DNA from: Utricularia gibba
Lineage: Eukaryota > Plantae > Magnoliophyta
Direction of reading: 5' to 3'
Assembly (NCBI GenBank): GCA_002189035.1
Contig: CM007989.1
Span: forward strand, 6,634,001 to 6,698,000
Length of the DNA stretch: 64,000 bases
The translations under genes were made by a program, and so were the position numbers. Positions 46,668 through 59,829 of the stretch are shown in pieces. Position 1 is the stretch's first letter. Each line of letters begins with the position of its first letter. The notes below the pieces were generated by a model that was given only the letters and a program-made list of their open reading frames with translations, ran no database searches and had not been told where the DNA came from.

Positions 46668-47323
46668 TTATGATTTTCCATTCTCCATTTTCATGAAAAA
46701 AACCTTGCAACAATTAGAATAATCTCTATATTTAAACAGGTCTCCTTGGTATGGGATATCTATTCTCAGTGGGAGGAGCCATAAACTCATTAGCCACTGG
46801 ATGAACAGACAAATGCCAATGTACATAAACCACACAGCACCCTTATTTGAAGATTTTGATACCTGAAACAAAGGCCCCTCTTCCAGGAGGGATCTTGAGA
46901 GAGCTTCCTCTTGTATTCGTGCACTGTTGTTCACAAACACTAGGCATGAGTTGGGTTTCTTTCATTCATTGCATTGAAGAAATCGTCACAAAAGCATATA
47001 TTTCAAGATTGCAACACTAACTAACACATGAATCCACATGCATATTCAGGAGAGAGGAGAGGGAAGGGAGGATGGTAGAGAAGGCACCTATAAACACCAC
47101 ACTGGAGGCCACAAACTTCGTCATGCTGAGGTCCTTCCTTATCACGCTCCTTGCCTTCTTGTCAAATGCCCCATTTACAATAACAAGGGTTAGATCCAAG
47201 TGAGTAAACTGTTGCTACGAGAAATAAGCACACCATTGTTCAAACTCAACAGGAGAGTCATATACCCTTCCTATGCCATGTTCAGCTGCTCCATCAATAT
47301 GGGCACCTTTATTGCCTAAAGAT
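46668..47323 (-). pseudogene. Unidentified coding-like fragment with an in-frame stop
   Basis: After an acceptor (TTTAG) it reads GNKGAHIDGAAEHGIGRVYDSPVEFEQWCAYFS*QQFTHLDLTLVIVNGAFDKK..., followed by RIQEEALSRSLLEEGPLFQV...WFMYIGICLFIQW. GC content is exon-like. Confidence 0.3.
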
Positions 47324-47861
47324 ATAAATATGAGTGAAGTAAGGATGAGTATGCAACGTGTGACTGAAGATCTGATGAAGAGATTTGAGTCATACCAATG
47401 GGTGCCCAGATTGAGTAGTTGAACCGCAGACGAATATGCTCCAAACTAAGAGTCTCTTAGCAGAGGCGGGGTTGCCAAAGGCTACAATGCTAACTAACAG
47501 TTTCAAACACAATGATTTTTTTTTCACACAATACATGCTTCATCTATGCTGGAATCAAACAGAGAAGGTTTTCAACAAACATCGCGTATGAATGCGTGTA
47601 TGCAAATCAACCAAGTTTTGGGCCACTAAATTTGAGAAGATCGGCTCCTCACCTAGTCAAACAATCAAAGAGGTCGCAATTGTCATGTAGAACACGAAAT
47701 TAATAATCACCCAAGTGGGTAATTCATGCAACTTTAACAGTAGATGAGATAGCCTCAAAGAACAATTGGCCTTGAACAACTCTTAGACTGAAGAAGCAGT
47801 CAGTGTATGAGATAGATGGCCCCATCAAAAGGCGAATGCAGGCCTGAAGGTCTCTTTTTAA

Positions 47862-48800
47862 TCAGCCACAAAAGTTGAGTTTCTTCATTACTTTTGCATA
47901 AGCCACTGGAACTACACCAGGTTGCCTGAGTCTACGCTTCGACTTCTTAGACTTCAAAAAAAAAAAAAAACCGGATTCCAACATCATTCTCCAGATTAAA
48001 GACAAGCATACATCGTTCTAAGTTAACATTCAAAACCACTGAGAACAATACGACATACAGATATTCATGAATTAAATGTTCCCAAGTAATATCGGTTAAC
48101 TTTAAGAGATAGATCACCTTGGAATGCGCATTGTGCCTCTTTCCCTCCTTCCAGCGCCTGATCTGTCCATCATGCATTATTCTAAACCTATCTTTAAATG
48201 ACCTAATGCGCGCAGAAAATCACAAGTAAATCAATCCCTGACTAAATCAACAGAGATGTCTGGAATGCATAAAATACAGCAGATACATACGAGTAGCATT
48301 TAATTTTTATTTTTTTGACTTTAGAAGTAATTGGGGTCATCGGCTTCCTGCTCTTCAATTTCCTTTTCCTCTGTTTGGCGGTGATATGCCGCACTTGGAT
48401 CAACTACGAGCATGATGATGCGACAAGGAGAAGTGCCAAATGTCAACAACAAAAATAAAAACAGAAAACCCACGCTGGAAAAAAAAGCCCCATAGTGTAC
48501 AAAAAAATTCAGCGAATTCCATCCACCCACCATAAATCATGAAAACCTAAGGAAGCTGGAAAAATTGCGACTTACAGGAAATGGAGATGGTTGTAGTCGA
48601 TGAGCGTAAGCGGAATTCGCAAGAGGCGTAAATTTTGAGCAAACAGCGATGAAATGCGGTACAGGTTGGGGCTTCCCCATCAAGCAAGCAGAAGTGTAAA
48701 GCAGACGGCCGGCGGTAAGAGAACGGACGGCGAAGCGACGACAGTCCGCGTCCAAACCAACCACCGCAATCTGGCGGAGCAACGACCGCCATATCGGCAT
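47862..48800 (-). CDS. RPL35: Mitochondrial-type ribosomal protein L35 (bL35m), 4 exons
   Basis: Arg-rich presequence MPIWRSLLRQ..., then VRHITAKQRKRKLKSRKPMTPITSKVKKIKIKCYS|SFKDRFRIMHDGQIRRWKEGKRHNAHSK|SKKSKRRLRQP...KLNFCG*. Confidence 0.92.
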
Positions 48801-49474
48801 CCTGAAACCTTTTGAGCACACTCGGAAACGCTAGGGATTGCTTGCATTCATTATTTGTGAGAAATAACACCATAGAACACAATTAGGGTATAAATGTCAT
48901 TTCACTTTGTGCTCTCGTAAACGTGCGGGCTAGAAAACCCGGGTATCGATATAAATGCCATTGGTGCTGTGCTCCAAACATCCATCACGTGCAGCGTATG
49001 TAAAAAAAAGTAAAAGTTATTTTGGTGTGCTTTTTGTTTCTATTTATAGCAAGTGTCTGCCACAGACGATTTTGCCCTTGTGGCAATACTTCATAGTTCT
49101 CTTATTGCTTGATTGGTTTAAGGTATTAGAAGAAAAAAGATTAATTTATTCAGATTTAGACAAAGTAATATTATGTAATTTTTTATGATATTTAATGTTA
49201 TAGGGATGACGGGGCATATAAACATCACAAAGAGATCTACTTAAGCGCGATGGAAAGATTATAAGAATATCTCTTATTTTTCTATTTTCTAATATTTTAA
49301 ACGTATATAATGTTACGGATATTTTCTAAAAAAAAGAAAAATTCCTAAATCAATAATATTTAGTTAGTAAACTTGTTTCAAATTCGAAATCAACTCATTC
49401 TTCAATTTTATCATAAATTCGAGTTAAGTTTCTTTCTATAATAGATTAAAATGGTTTCTCTAATTCCTAATTAT

Positions 49475-49504
49475 AATATTAGAAAATATTAGAAAATATT
49501 AGAA
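49475..49504. repeat. Tandem repeat (AATATTAGAA)x3
   Basis: Three exact 10-bp units in AT-rich intergenic DNA. Confidence 0.85.
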
Positions 49505-51447
49505 AATTAAAAATTCTTTAAAAATCTAAGGTTTTTCAATTATTTATTTTTTTATAACATTGGTTATAAATTTGAATTATATTCAATCTAAATTTGAATT
49601 AAAAATTATAAATTTAAATTATACTCGATCTAACTTCAATTAAAAATCATAAATTTGCTGGATCTAACTTTCAATTATCAATCTAACAATTCTAATAATG
49701 TTATTTCAAAATTACTTATTTACAAACAGAACTTATTTTAAAAAATAAAATATTGCCATTCTCCAATTTTTTTTTATCAAAGTAAGTAGTATCCGTCTAT
49801 ATTAGAAAACACTTCTATGACATGATACATAACAGGTTTTTGGAATTTGGAAAAAATACAATTTTTCAAATTTTTTCGTAAAATGAGAATTAAATTGGAA
49901 TACACACATCATATTTATCACACCAATTTATCTAATTTATTTACAATATTTGCTTTGTGGAAATGGAAAATAATATTTTGGCTTTTACACATTCGACAAT
50001 TAAACATATTTGTAACATCAACTTGAAATGCATATTTAGGGCTTGTAATATAATTTGAAGATATATTTCAGAGTATGTATCTTAAAATCAATTTTAAGAT
50101 TATATGAATAAAATCAATTTGAGATTATAAACTTGTTTTGTATAACAATATAAAATTATATTATAAAATTTAATAAAATAAAAATATAAGCTATAAAGTT
50201 TATATAAATTTTTAATTTTACGACAAAACAGTTAAATATTAAAATATTCAAAAATTAAGTAAAACTAATTGAATAAATTAATAAAACAGAACATATACTT
50301 ATTTTGTAATAATTTGACAGAAAATTCGAATTCATTAATTGTAGGATATTTTTGTAAAAAGCTTTGGGTGGTGACGTGATGGTGATTGTTGCTTGCGACG
50401 GGTGTGGTTGAAGATGTATTAAGACTAATGATGGGGAGTTGAGACGACCAATCCGAGATAATCCTATTTATTTTTTGGCTTTTTAAAGACAATAATGTCG
50501 TAATTAATAGAGATGTTGACATCATTCTGACAGCGACAGTCCGAACGCGGTTCACCCCTTGGATCGACCCGATCCTACGGCTATAGGACGGGTGCATCTG
50601 TTTTCATGTTATCTCCTTTTTTTGAATATTTAGTATATATTTGCAGTGGACAATTATTACACGTGGGCGAGGTAGGTGTCCGAGAGGCTGTGAGGGGGTG
50701 GAGAGAGGGGAGCAGGGAGTTTTTGAGGAATGGGAAACACAGAAAAAAGGGCAAAGAGATTGAAAGTGACGGCTTGACGGATAAACCCTAGTTCTCTGTA
50801 TACACAAAAAACAGTTTGTTTTTTTTTTGGCTGGGTGCGCTCTCACATATGAATTAAGCCTCCCCACCTTTTGTTTTTTTTCCCCTTATCTTCTCTTGGG
50901 CTTTTTTCGCAGGACATGTGTTCCCAGATCTTGGAATGACGTGATTCTGGGATTATGTTTCGAGCACTGTGAATCGGAGGAGGTTTTATGGAGATAACTG
51001 AAGCGGGTTTTTACTGGTGTGCTTGTGGGGTTGAGTTTGGCGTTGAACTTTCGATTATATGAATGATATTTGGGATGCACGTTGAATATATTTAGCATTT
51101 GAAGTTCATTTCTGTATTGGGAAAGAAAAAATGGGCCTTCTTTTGCTCATTTCGAGTTGTGAATTCTGATGGAATATAGCTGGATGATTGTGTATGTTCA
51201 GTGTTTGACTTTTGACATGACAGGTTGAATTTTTCTTGGGTTCAGGTGATCTTGGATGAGACTAGTGTGGACAATAGACAGTTTTCTGGGATTGGGCGGA
51301 GCGGTTCCCCTTTCATTACAGATAATTTTGGTGTGCTAAAGGAGAACCTCTAGGTGCCTGCTTTCAGTGGCACATTTCACCCCATTTATTTTGGATTGGT
51401 GATCTACTGGTGCGCTGGAGTGGTTGGGGATACCGGCAGGCATTACG

Positions 51448-54400
51448 ATGTCATCCTTGAGTCGGGAACTGGTTTTCTTAATTCTGCAGTTCTTGGACGA
51501 GGAGAAGTTCAAGGAAACTGTGCACAAGTATGTAACTTCAACTATTCATGAAGCTTTTTAAATTCTGAAAGCGTGCCAGCACCTATTTGTTCCTTTATTG
51601 TATCTTAAAATGGATTTAAGCAGTAAAATTTCTTTTATGATGAATGATCGAGTTGCATAAGGTGAAACATAAAAGTTGAAATCCGCAGCCCACCACTCGT
51701 CAATTCTAGAGAATTGTTTTTTTTTTACTATAGATAATATTTTCAGTCTGTTTCTCGAACAAATGGGGTCAAGGACCTACATTTTCCAAATTGTGTTTCA
51801 TATTCCAATGGTTTTCGTATATGGTTTGTTATATCTTCTCTGAATTAAGATTATACCATTTTGTTTAATTCAGGCTTGAACAAGAGTCTGGCTTTTTCTT
51901 TAATATGAAATACTTTGAAGACCAAGTTCAAGCTGGGGAATGGGAGGAAGTTGAGCGCTACTTGAGTGGATTCACTAAAGTAGAAGACAACCGTTATTCT
52001 ATGAAAATTTTCTTTGAAATTAGAAAACAGAAATACCTTGAAGCCCTTGACAGGTATGCTGGAACTATATCATGACTCCAGTGGGTATGCACTCATTGAC
52101 TTTATGTGTATTGTTATTACCTCCTTGATGTTGCAGACAGGATCGAGCCAAAGCTGTTGATATTCTTGTCAAGGATCTGAAGGTGTTTGCATCCTTCAAC
52201 GAAGATCTTTTCAAGGAAATCACACAGTTGTTGACACTTGAGAATTTCAGGTAGCAATTTTATTTTCCATTAATGATGCTAAGTTCACCTTCTTACTTCT
52301 AAAATTTATACCTTGAAAACATGTAGGCATAATGAGCAGTTGTCGAAGTATGGAGACACAAAGACTGCTCGCAACATTATGCTTGTTGAACTCAAAAAGC
52401 TTATAGAAGCAAATCCACTATTTCGAGATAAGTTGGCTTTTCCTGCTTTTAAGGCCTCAAGGTTAAGGACACTTATAAACCAGAGGTATAACATTTGAAT
52501 GCTTTCATTTTTCAATCCCCTCTGTCATTGCATAATGTCTTGAGATTAATGCACTTTCATATGATGCTCTGTTTGATGGATTTTTCAGTTTGAACTGGCA
52601 GCATCAACTTTGCAAGAATCCTCGTCCAAATCCTGACATCAAAACACTCTTTATTGACCATACATGTGCATCAAGCAATGGCACACGTGCCCCTCCTCCA
52701 ACTAATGCGCCGCTTGCAGGGCCTGTTCCTAAACCTGGCGTTTTTCCTCCACTCGGTGGCCATGGTGTATGTAGATTTTTCTTATGATGTAACTACTTTT
52801 TTTTTTTATTTAACATTTTATTTGTTTGTGGCCAAAGCCTTTCCAACCAGTTGTTTCCCCTCCTCCGAGTGCCATTGCTGGTTGGATGTCAGCTTCTAAT
52901 CCAGCTATGCCACATGCTGCCGTTGCTGCGCCTCCTGGCCTTGTTCAGGCACCCAGTTCTGGTAAGTTGTTGGCTATCATCCATTCCCCTCACTTACTTG
53001 AGTACTTTTCCGAATTTTGTGTTCTTATATGCATTCGAACATGTAGCGGCAGCTGCGTTTTTGAAACATGCAAGAATTCCTCCTGGCGGCCCTGGATTAG
53101 ATTATCAGACTGCTGACTCCGAGCATCTAATGAAACGCCTGCGTACTGGTCAACCAGATGAGGTAAAAACAACTATAAATGCACATTCTCTCTCTGATAA
53201 TGTTAAATTTATCTGTGCACTTCAGTGTTGTTGGATCTACATATTTATCTTTCTGATAATGTTAAATTTAACTAACGTAGGTTTCGTTTTCTGGATCATC
53301 ACACACTCCAAACATCAGCTCACCTGATGATCTTCCCAAAACTGTTGTTCGGAATCTTAGTCAAGGATCTAACGTTATGAGCATGGATTTCCATCCACAA
53401 AAGCAAACTGTTCTTCTAGGTTCGGCCTTCATTAGAATTCTGATTCCATCCCGTTTTCTGAGGTTCTGTATATTGTGCCACCCACAGACATGAAAATTTT
53501 TAATACCTTACTCTGCAAATTTTTCCTCGGGTAGATTATCTTGATAAAGATATTATTGGCTTTTCGAGCATGCGTCACTCAGTGTTTTTTCATTATTTGT
53601 AGTTGGAACAAATGTTGGTGACATAAGTATCTGGGAAGTTGGTTCCCGGGAAAGGTTGGCTCTTAAAAACTTCAAAGTTTGGAACATATCAGCATGCTCA
53701 ATGCCATTCCAGGTGAGTTATGAGTGTTTTTAGATGCTGTGTTCTTAAGTTAGTTTACTCTTTCTTCTAACTTCCTATAATGCTATCCTTGGATTTTGAA
53801 CATTTGAGATTTATCTAACACTTTGCTGCCATCCAGACGACATTGGTGAAGGATGCCACAATATCAGTGAACAGATGTGTTTGGGGACCAGATGGATCAA
53901 TACTTGGTATGAAAAACTTCATTTTTTGTTTTAGCATTTTGTGATGAAATGATTATTATTTTAGAGTTGCTATTATAGTGTGACTGTCTATTGTGTAGGT
54001 GTGGCTTTTTCCAAGCACATAGTTCAGATATATATGTACAGTCAGGCAGGAGAGTTAAGGCAACACTTAGAGGTTGGGAGAGTTCCAAATGTTTCTCTGT
54101 TTGATTTTTTTTGAAATGTTGTGCCATAGAGTGCTTATGTTGTCGCCCTATCTGCAGATTGATGCCCATACTGGTGGTGTGAATGACATTGCATTTGCTC
54201 ACCCCAATAAGCAGCTCAGTATAGTTACATGCGGGGATGACAAAACCATTAAGGTAGCAGCTGATCTGAATGAACATTCTTGTATGTTTGCTTTGGATCT
54301 AACAGTGGCTGTATTAAGGTGTGGGATGCTGCTATGGGGCACAGGCAGTATACTTTTGAAGGCCATGAATCTGCTGTTTATTCACTCTGCCCTCACTACA

Positions 54401-57400
54401 AGGAAAATATTCAGGTCTGTCTTACTGACTGGCATAATTTCTTTTCATTATTTTGTGTGGTATGCTTTTTGAGTTGCTCCCGTCAATAGAAAACTGAAGT
54501 GATCATTCATTTTGCTATGTGTAGTTTATCTTCTCCACAGCCATCGATGGTAAAATAAAAGCATGGCTTTATGATTCAGTCGGTTCAAGGGTGGATTATG
54601 ATGCCCCTGGACTTTGGTGTACAACAATGGCATATAGTGCAGATGGAACCAGGTTCCTTTAAAATATTTTTAACTTCTAAAATCTTAGTTGATCAGCATG
54701 AAAGCTGTGAAGATATTGATTCTGTGTTTCCCAAGTTAAACTCATTTCCTGATTATGTCTTGATAAGTTTCTCTTGTTATTGCTTTCAGGCTCTTCTCCT
54801 GTGGAACCAGCAAAGAGGGTGAATCTCACCTTGTTGAGTGGAATGAGAGTGAAGGGGCGATCAAGAGGACATACTCAGGTTTCCGCAAGCGCTCTTTGGG
54901 TGTTGTGCAGTTTGATACGACCAGAAATCGCTTCTTAGCAGCTGGTGATGAGTTTCAGATTAAGTTCTGGGACATGGACAACACCAGCATGCTAACTAGT
55001 ACAGAAGCTGATGGCGGACTCCCTGTTAGTACCTTTTTTGGATAAGTAACGAGGGCTTGATTTTTTTTTTTTGTTGGTTTTAAGGAAAACCACGAATTAG
55101 CTTTCCAAAACACATGCAGGCTAGTCCCAGGCTAAGATTCAATAAAGAAGGATCATTGCTGGCTGTTACAACAAGTGACAATGGGATCAAGATCCTTGCA
55201 AATGCTGATGGGCAGCGGCTGTTGAGAATCTTAGAGACAAGAGCATTTGATGGGGTTCGTGGTCTTTCAGAACCTGTTAATGTCAAGGTGCGTATAGTCT
55301 ACCTTCTTCATCTCTTCCAAGTTTCTGCTATCTTTGTCCTCACATCTTGTGTGCTACCCCTTTGCAGCCTTCCGTGGCTGGCCCATTAAGTCCCATTCCC
55401 AATGTTTCTGCCTCGATATCCCTCATTCCCGACCGTGCAGATAGAATTCAGCAGCCAATGTCCCTTCTGGTTATTCATATTGCTCCTTATGATTTTTTTG
55501 TTACTTGATATGCTAAATCTGAGTCATCTAATATGAGAAATTGCAGGCTAGCATGGAAAGCAACAGGATAGCGGATGTTAAACCAAGAATCCTTGAAAAC
55601 TCTGACAAAATTAAGGGCTGGAAATTCCCTGATATATCAGATGCATCTCAGCTCAAGGCTCTGAAATTACCTGATCCTCTGACACCCAGTAAGGTGTGTC
55701 TGCACTGACTTATTTTCATCACAAAGTAAAGGGATATCACTCTTTTTTTCTTCCTGATCAAAACGTGCATGGCAGCAATGCTATCATTTGTGCACATCTT
55801 ACTCAGCTCATGGTTTCCGTCAGTGTAATATTTATGCTCCTAACCCAGCGCTTTGTTACATTATTTTCTAGTAATTTCTGTGTGTACCTCATAGTGAACT
55901 CTAATCATGCTGCAGGTTTTAAGATTATTATATTCGAATTCTGGGGTCGCTGTGCTAGCTCTATCCGCAAATGCTGTGCACAAGCTCTGGAAATGGCAGA
56001 GAAATGAGCGCAATCCATCTGGAAAGGTCTTAAATTTACAGTCAATTTTCTGTGGCGGTCTTATTTTACATGAACTTTTTCTAGTTTCCTTATTTTGATA
56101 TATGTGTTGGCAGTCCTCATCCTCAAATGTACCACAACTCTGGCAGCCCACTAATGGGGCTCTGATGTCTAATGACATAAGTGACGTCAAAGCCACTGAG
56201 GATTCGGTCGCTTGCATTGCCTTGTCTAAGAATGATTCCTATGTGATGTCTGCTTCAGGTGGGAAGGTTTCGCTGTTCAACATGATGACTTTTAAGGTGC
56301 GGTGGCACTCCAAAGATGCTTATTCCTTTTCTTTTCCTGAGCAAGACAAGCCCACTGCGTGTTTTCATGATTTTGCATTCCAAGTGGGAAATTTATGTGC
56401 TCGTGTATTCTGCTCAGGTTATGACAACCTTCATGCCACCCCCTCCGGCAGCAACTTATCTGGCATTCCATCCTCAGGACAACAACATCATTGCTATCGG
56501 AATGGAAGATTCCACAATACAAATTTACAATGTCAGGGTTGACGAGGTAACTTCTCTCCCTTCATTAAAAAGAAGTGAACTCTTCACTGTCTGTTTTATC
56601 TTCTTAGTATTTGATCACCAGCATTTTGAGAGAGAGATTCTACTCTGAAATCTTAATTGATTGGATGATGATCCTGTGAATGAGCAGGTTAAAACGAAGC
56701 TCAAGGGCCATCAGAAACGAATTTCAGGCCTGGCGTTCTCTCAAAGTTTGAACATTTTGGTGTCCTCCGGAGCTGATGCACAGGCAAGATAATGTTACTA
56801 TGGTTCTACCAAGAATTCCACCCGAGCTCTTGTCTAACATGCTTGCTCTCAATGCATGGAAACTGCAGCTGTTCGTATGGAATATCGATGCATGGGACAA
56901 GAAGAAATCATGGCCCATACAACCGCCACCCGGCCACCCGACTCCTCTTGTTGGAGAAACGAGAGTACAGTTTCACAACAACCAGTCTCATCTGCTAGTC
57001 TCCCATGAGAGCCAGATTGCAATCTATGATTCCCAACTAGAATGCTTACGCTCGGTTAGTGCACCGGCACCACCTTTTGTCCTGCTCGGAGAGTTGTTGA
57101 TAACCAGACATCTTGTCCTCTTTTTCAGTGGTACCCAAGAGAGTCTTTATCTTCACCGGTCTCGGCCGCCATATACTCCTGCGACGGGACTATGATCTAC
57201 GCCGGCTTCTGCGATGGAGCCGTCGGGATATTTGAAGCGGACAGTTTGGTTCTCCGTTGCCGGATATCACCATCAGCCTACATATCATCTTTCTCCACCA
57301 GCACGAGCAACCCTGCATTCCCCGTGGTGGTCGCAGCCCACCCGTCTGACCCGAACCAGTTTGCCTTGGGTATGAGCGACGGTGCGGTCCATGTGTTGGA

Positions 57401-57536
57401 GCCTGCGGAGCCGGAGACGAAGTGGGGCAGCGGATCCACTTCACAGGAAAACGGCAACGCCGGCGGTGGTCTGCCGGCGATTCCGTCCAGTTCCGCCCTG
57501 AACAGCAGCCAGCCTTCAGAAACGCCGTCAAGGTGA
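51448..57536 (+). CDS. TPR: TOPLESS-related transcriptional corepressor (TPR2/TPR3-type), multi-exon
   Basis: MSSLSRELVFLILQFLDEEKFKETVH (LisH), CTLH region, LRTLINQSLNWQHQLCKNPRPNPDIKTLF, WD40 repeats (IDAHTGGVNDIAFAHPN, LKGHQKRISGLAFS) and C-terminal HPSDPNQFALGMSDG. All exons I traced are in frame. Confidence 0.97.
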
Positions 57537-58559
57537 AGAAGAATGGAGTGCTTGTTCTCCTCCAGACCTGCTGCAGCTATCGGTTGTATGTATAGTTAGA
57601 GACTGCTTAGAGTTGCCTCCTTTCCTTATACGCTGTCTGTTCTGACAAGTGAATTTTTTTTTTTTTTTGTTACAATTCGAAATGCATGTTGCCTTTCTTT
57701 GCCAATTTTTAGTAGATAAATTTAATTAATGAAATATTGAAAATTTGTGTGTTTAAATAAATATATTAAAATTAAACGTGTATTGATATTTTAATTTTAT
57801 AAGTATATGTTTAGAATGATATTTTTTTAATGTATATTTAAGATATATAAAAAAAATTAGTGAATTTATTTGATTAAGAAAATGCATGGAGAAAATTTTT
57901 AAATGTATAATTAAGAAAATTCATTTGATTAAAAGTGTTTAATAAATCATATACAAAAAAAATTCACTCAATGTTTTTTCAGAAAAAATTTGGATTTCAA
58001 TTTTTTTTGAAATAAAGAAATATGAGTTGAACCTCACTCCCATTTGTGTAAGTAAGATTATAAATCTAATATATTTGAGATTCATTATGAACATAGTACA
58101 TAACATGACTAAATAGAGAAAAAACTTTATATTATTATACGAAATCTTTTATTGAAATGTAAAAAAATAAAATCATGAAAATTAAATGTTTGAAGTAAAC
58201 AATATTATATAAAGAGAACATGTATAATGATATTTGATATTAAAACTAAATTCGAACTCATGTCAATGATGATATATAGCAAACACTGAATGACTAAATG
58301 GAATAAAATGTAAAATCATAAATTCTATTAATATAAATTTATAAGATTTGAATATTTAAAATAAACAATGTCATAGAATTATTGATTGTAACACATTTCC
58401 ATAACACAGACCGAAAATCCAAGAAAAAAATGGGTATAATGGATTTTCCTAGTAACCTGTGATTCTAAATTTCACAAACTTTCGCTACAAGTTTAGTTTT
58501 TTTGCTCTCATTATCACTAACTGGAAACATTATGTGTCTCAGAGATGCTCTTAACCAAA

Positions 58560-59070
58560 TAAAGCCTACTCATTATGGCGTTGCATCAATGCACATAACC
58601 AGTTGAAATGTTTCCTTACATGTAGCACCAACAGCTTTCATGCCTCTGCTGCAGCTCCTTGGCTGCATCAACAGAGATGGATACCTGATATTCTCTCTTG
58701 CAATCAAAGTGCCATAAACAAGATCAAGAGTTTTTTCAATAGGATCTGGTTCAAGAAGCTCCCCTGAAAATGCATACCAGATGAGTAATCAGCACAGACG
58801 TATGTTACAAATACATCATTGATAGCATAGCACCATCACTTCAGATTGGTATAATCAGATGATGAAGTATTCCCTCTGTTCTTAGGGCAGGATTTATACT
58901 CACAGGATTGGTATTGTTCGAATCCTGGTGCTGTTTCTTACACACTATGGAGCCTAAACCAGTAGAGAAGAAGACATGGTTCACATGAGAGCAGGCTGGT
59001 TGGTATAAAGCTGCCATTTTAAGCTCGCATTCAGGGGCTTTCAAACAGTAAGCACATGCTGGGAATTCAA
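58560..59070 (-). pseudogene. Unidentified spliced coding-like fragment
   Basis: Donor CCT|GTGAGT and acceptor TTTTCAG bracket an intron. Frames TAPGFEQYQS|WELLEPDPIEKTLDLVYGTLIARE and, after a shift, YQVSISVDAAKELQQRHESCWCY|GTAAGG. Confidence 0.25.
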
Positions 59071-59829
59071 GAGTAGTTCAAAAATTTGCAAACATCTCTG
59101 AATTAGATTTTCTCACCAAAGGGCTAAGACTCGCGATGCTATGCTCGAAGCGTAAAAAAGCTAATGGGCATTTACGATGCGACGATCGGAAAATTCTCAC
59201 CGGTTGAACATGGCACGCGCACGTCTCCGAGAGCTCCTTCGCAGCGTACGGGAGCAAACGGCGGAGAAATCATCGTATATGACCGAACGTTGGCGACGGC
59301 ATGGAAAAGGGCAATCGATTTTTGTAGTGTACGGATGGAGAAAATTATAATATAAAAAACAATAAACACAAAAAAATGAACACTCTCATCAAAAGTCAAT
59401 CTTGTGGTCTGAACTTTCCATCAAAGCCCTGGAGATCTCTTGCTCCTTTCCAATCTCCGGAATCCAAAAGGCGGCCTAAATCATCAGCCGCATTTACCCA
59501 TCTCCACAAAAGTACGTCTTTCTTCCTTTCCCCAGTCTCACACAAAAAGCTTCACTACAAATGATGACAAATTCATGTTCTCAATGCAAGTAATCTTTGT
59601 GGGTTTTAATGAGGATATCTCTTTTTGCTCTTTTTGTGAATTTGAGAGCCCACCTTTGACCGGAGACTAGTTATTTGTTCTTGCATGAACAAACAGTACA
59701 GGGTTTTAGCTGTTCGAGTGGAATTTGTTCTGTTGTGAATCCTTGGAGAGCCAAGTTGCAAGATCTGCTCTTATTGGGAATATCTGGTTCAGGAATAAGG
59801 AAAAGGCGGTTTCCTTTTGCAGCTAAGCC

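Noticed and set aside
47446-47460. Palindrome CTAAGAG-T-CTCTTAG
   Set aside because: Single short palindrome with no associated structure.
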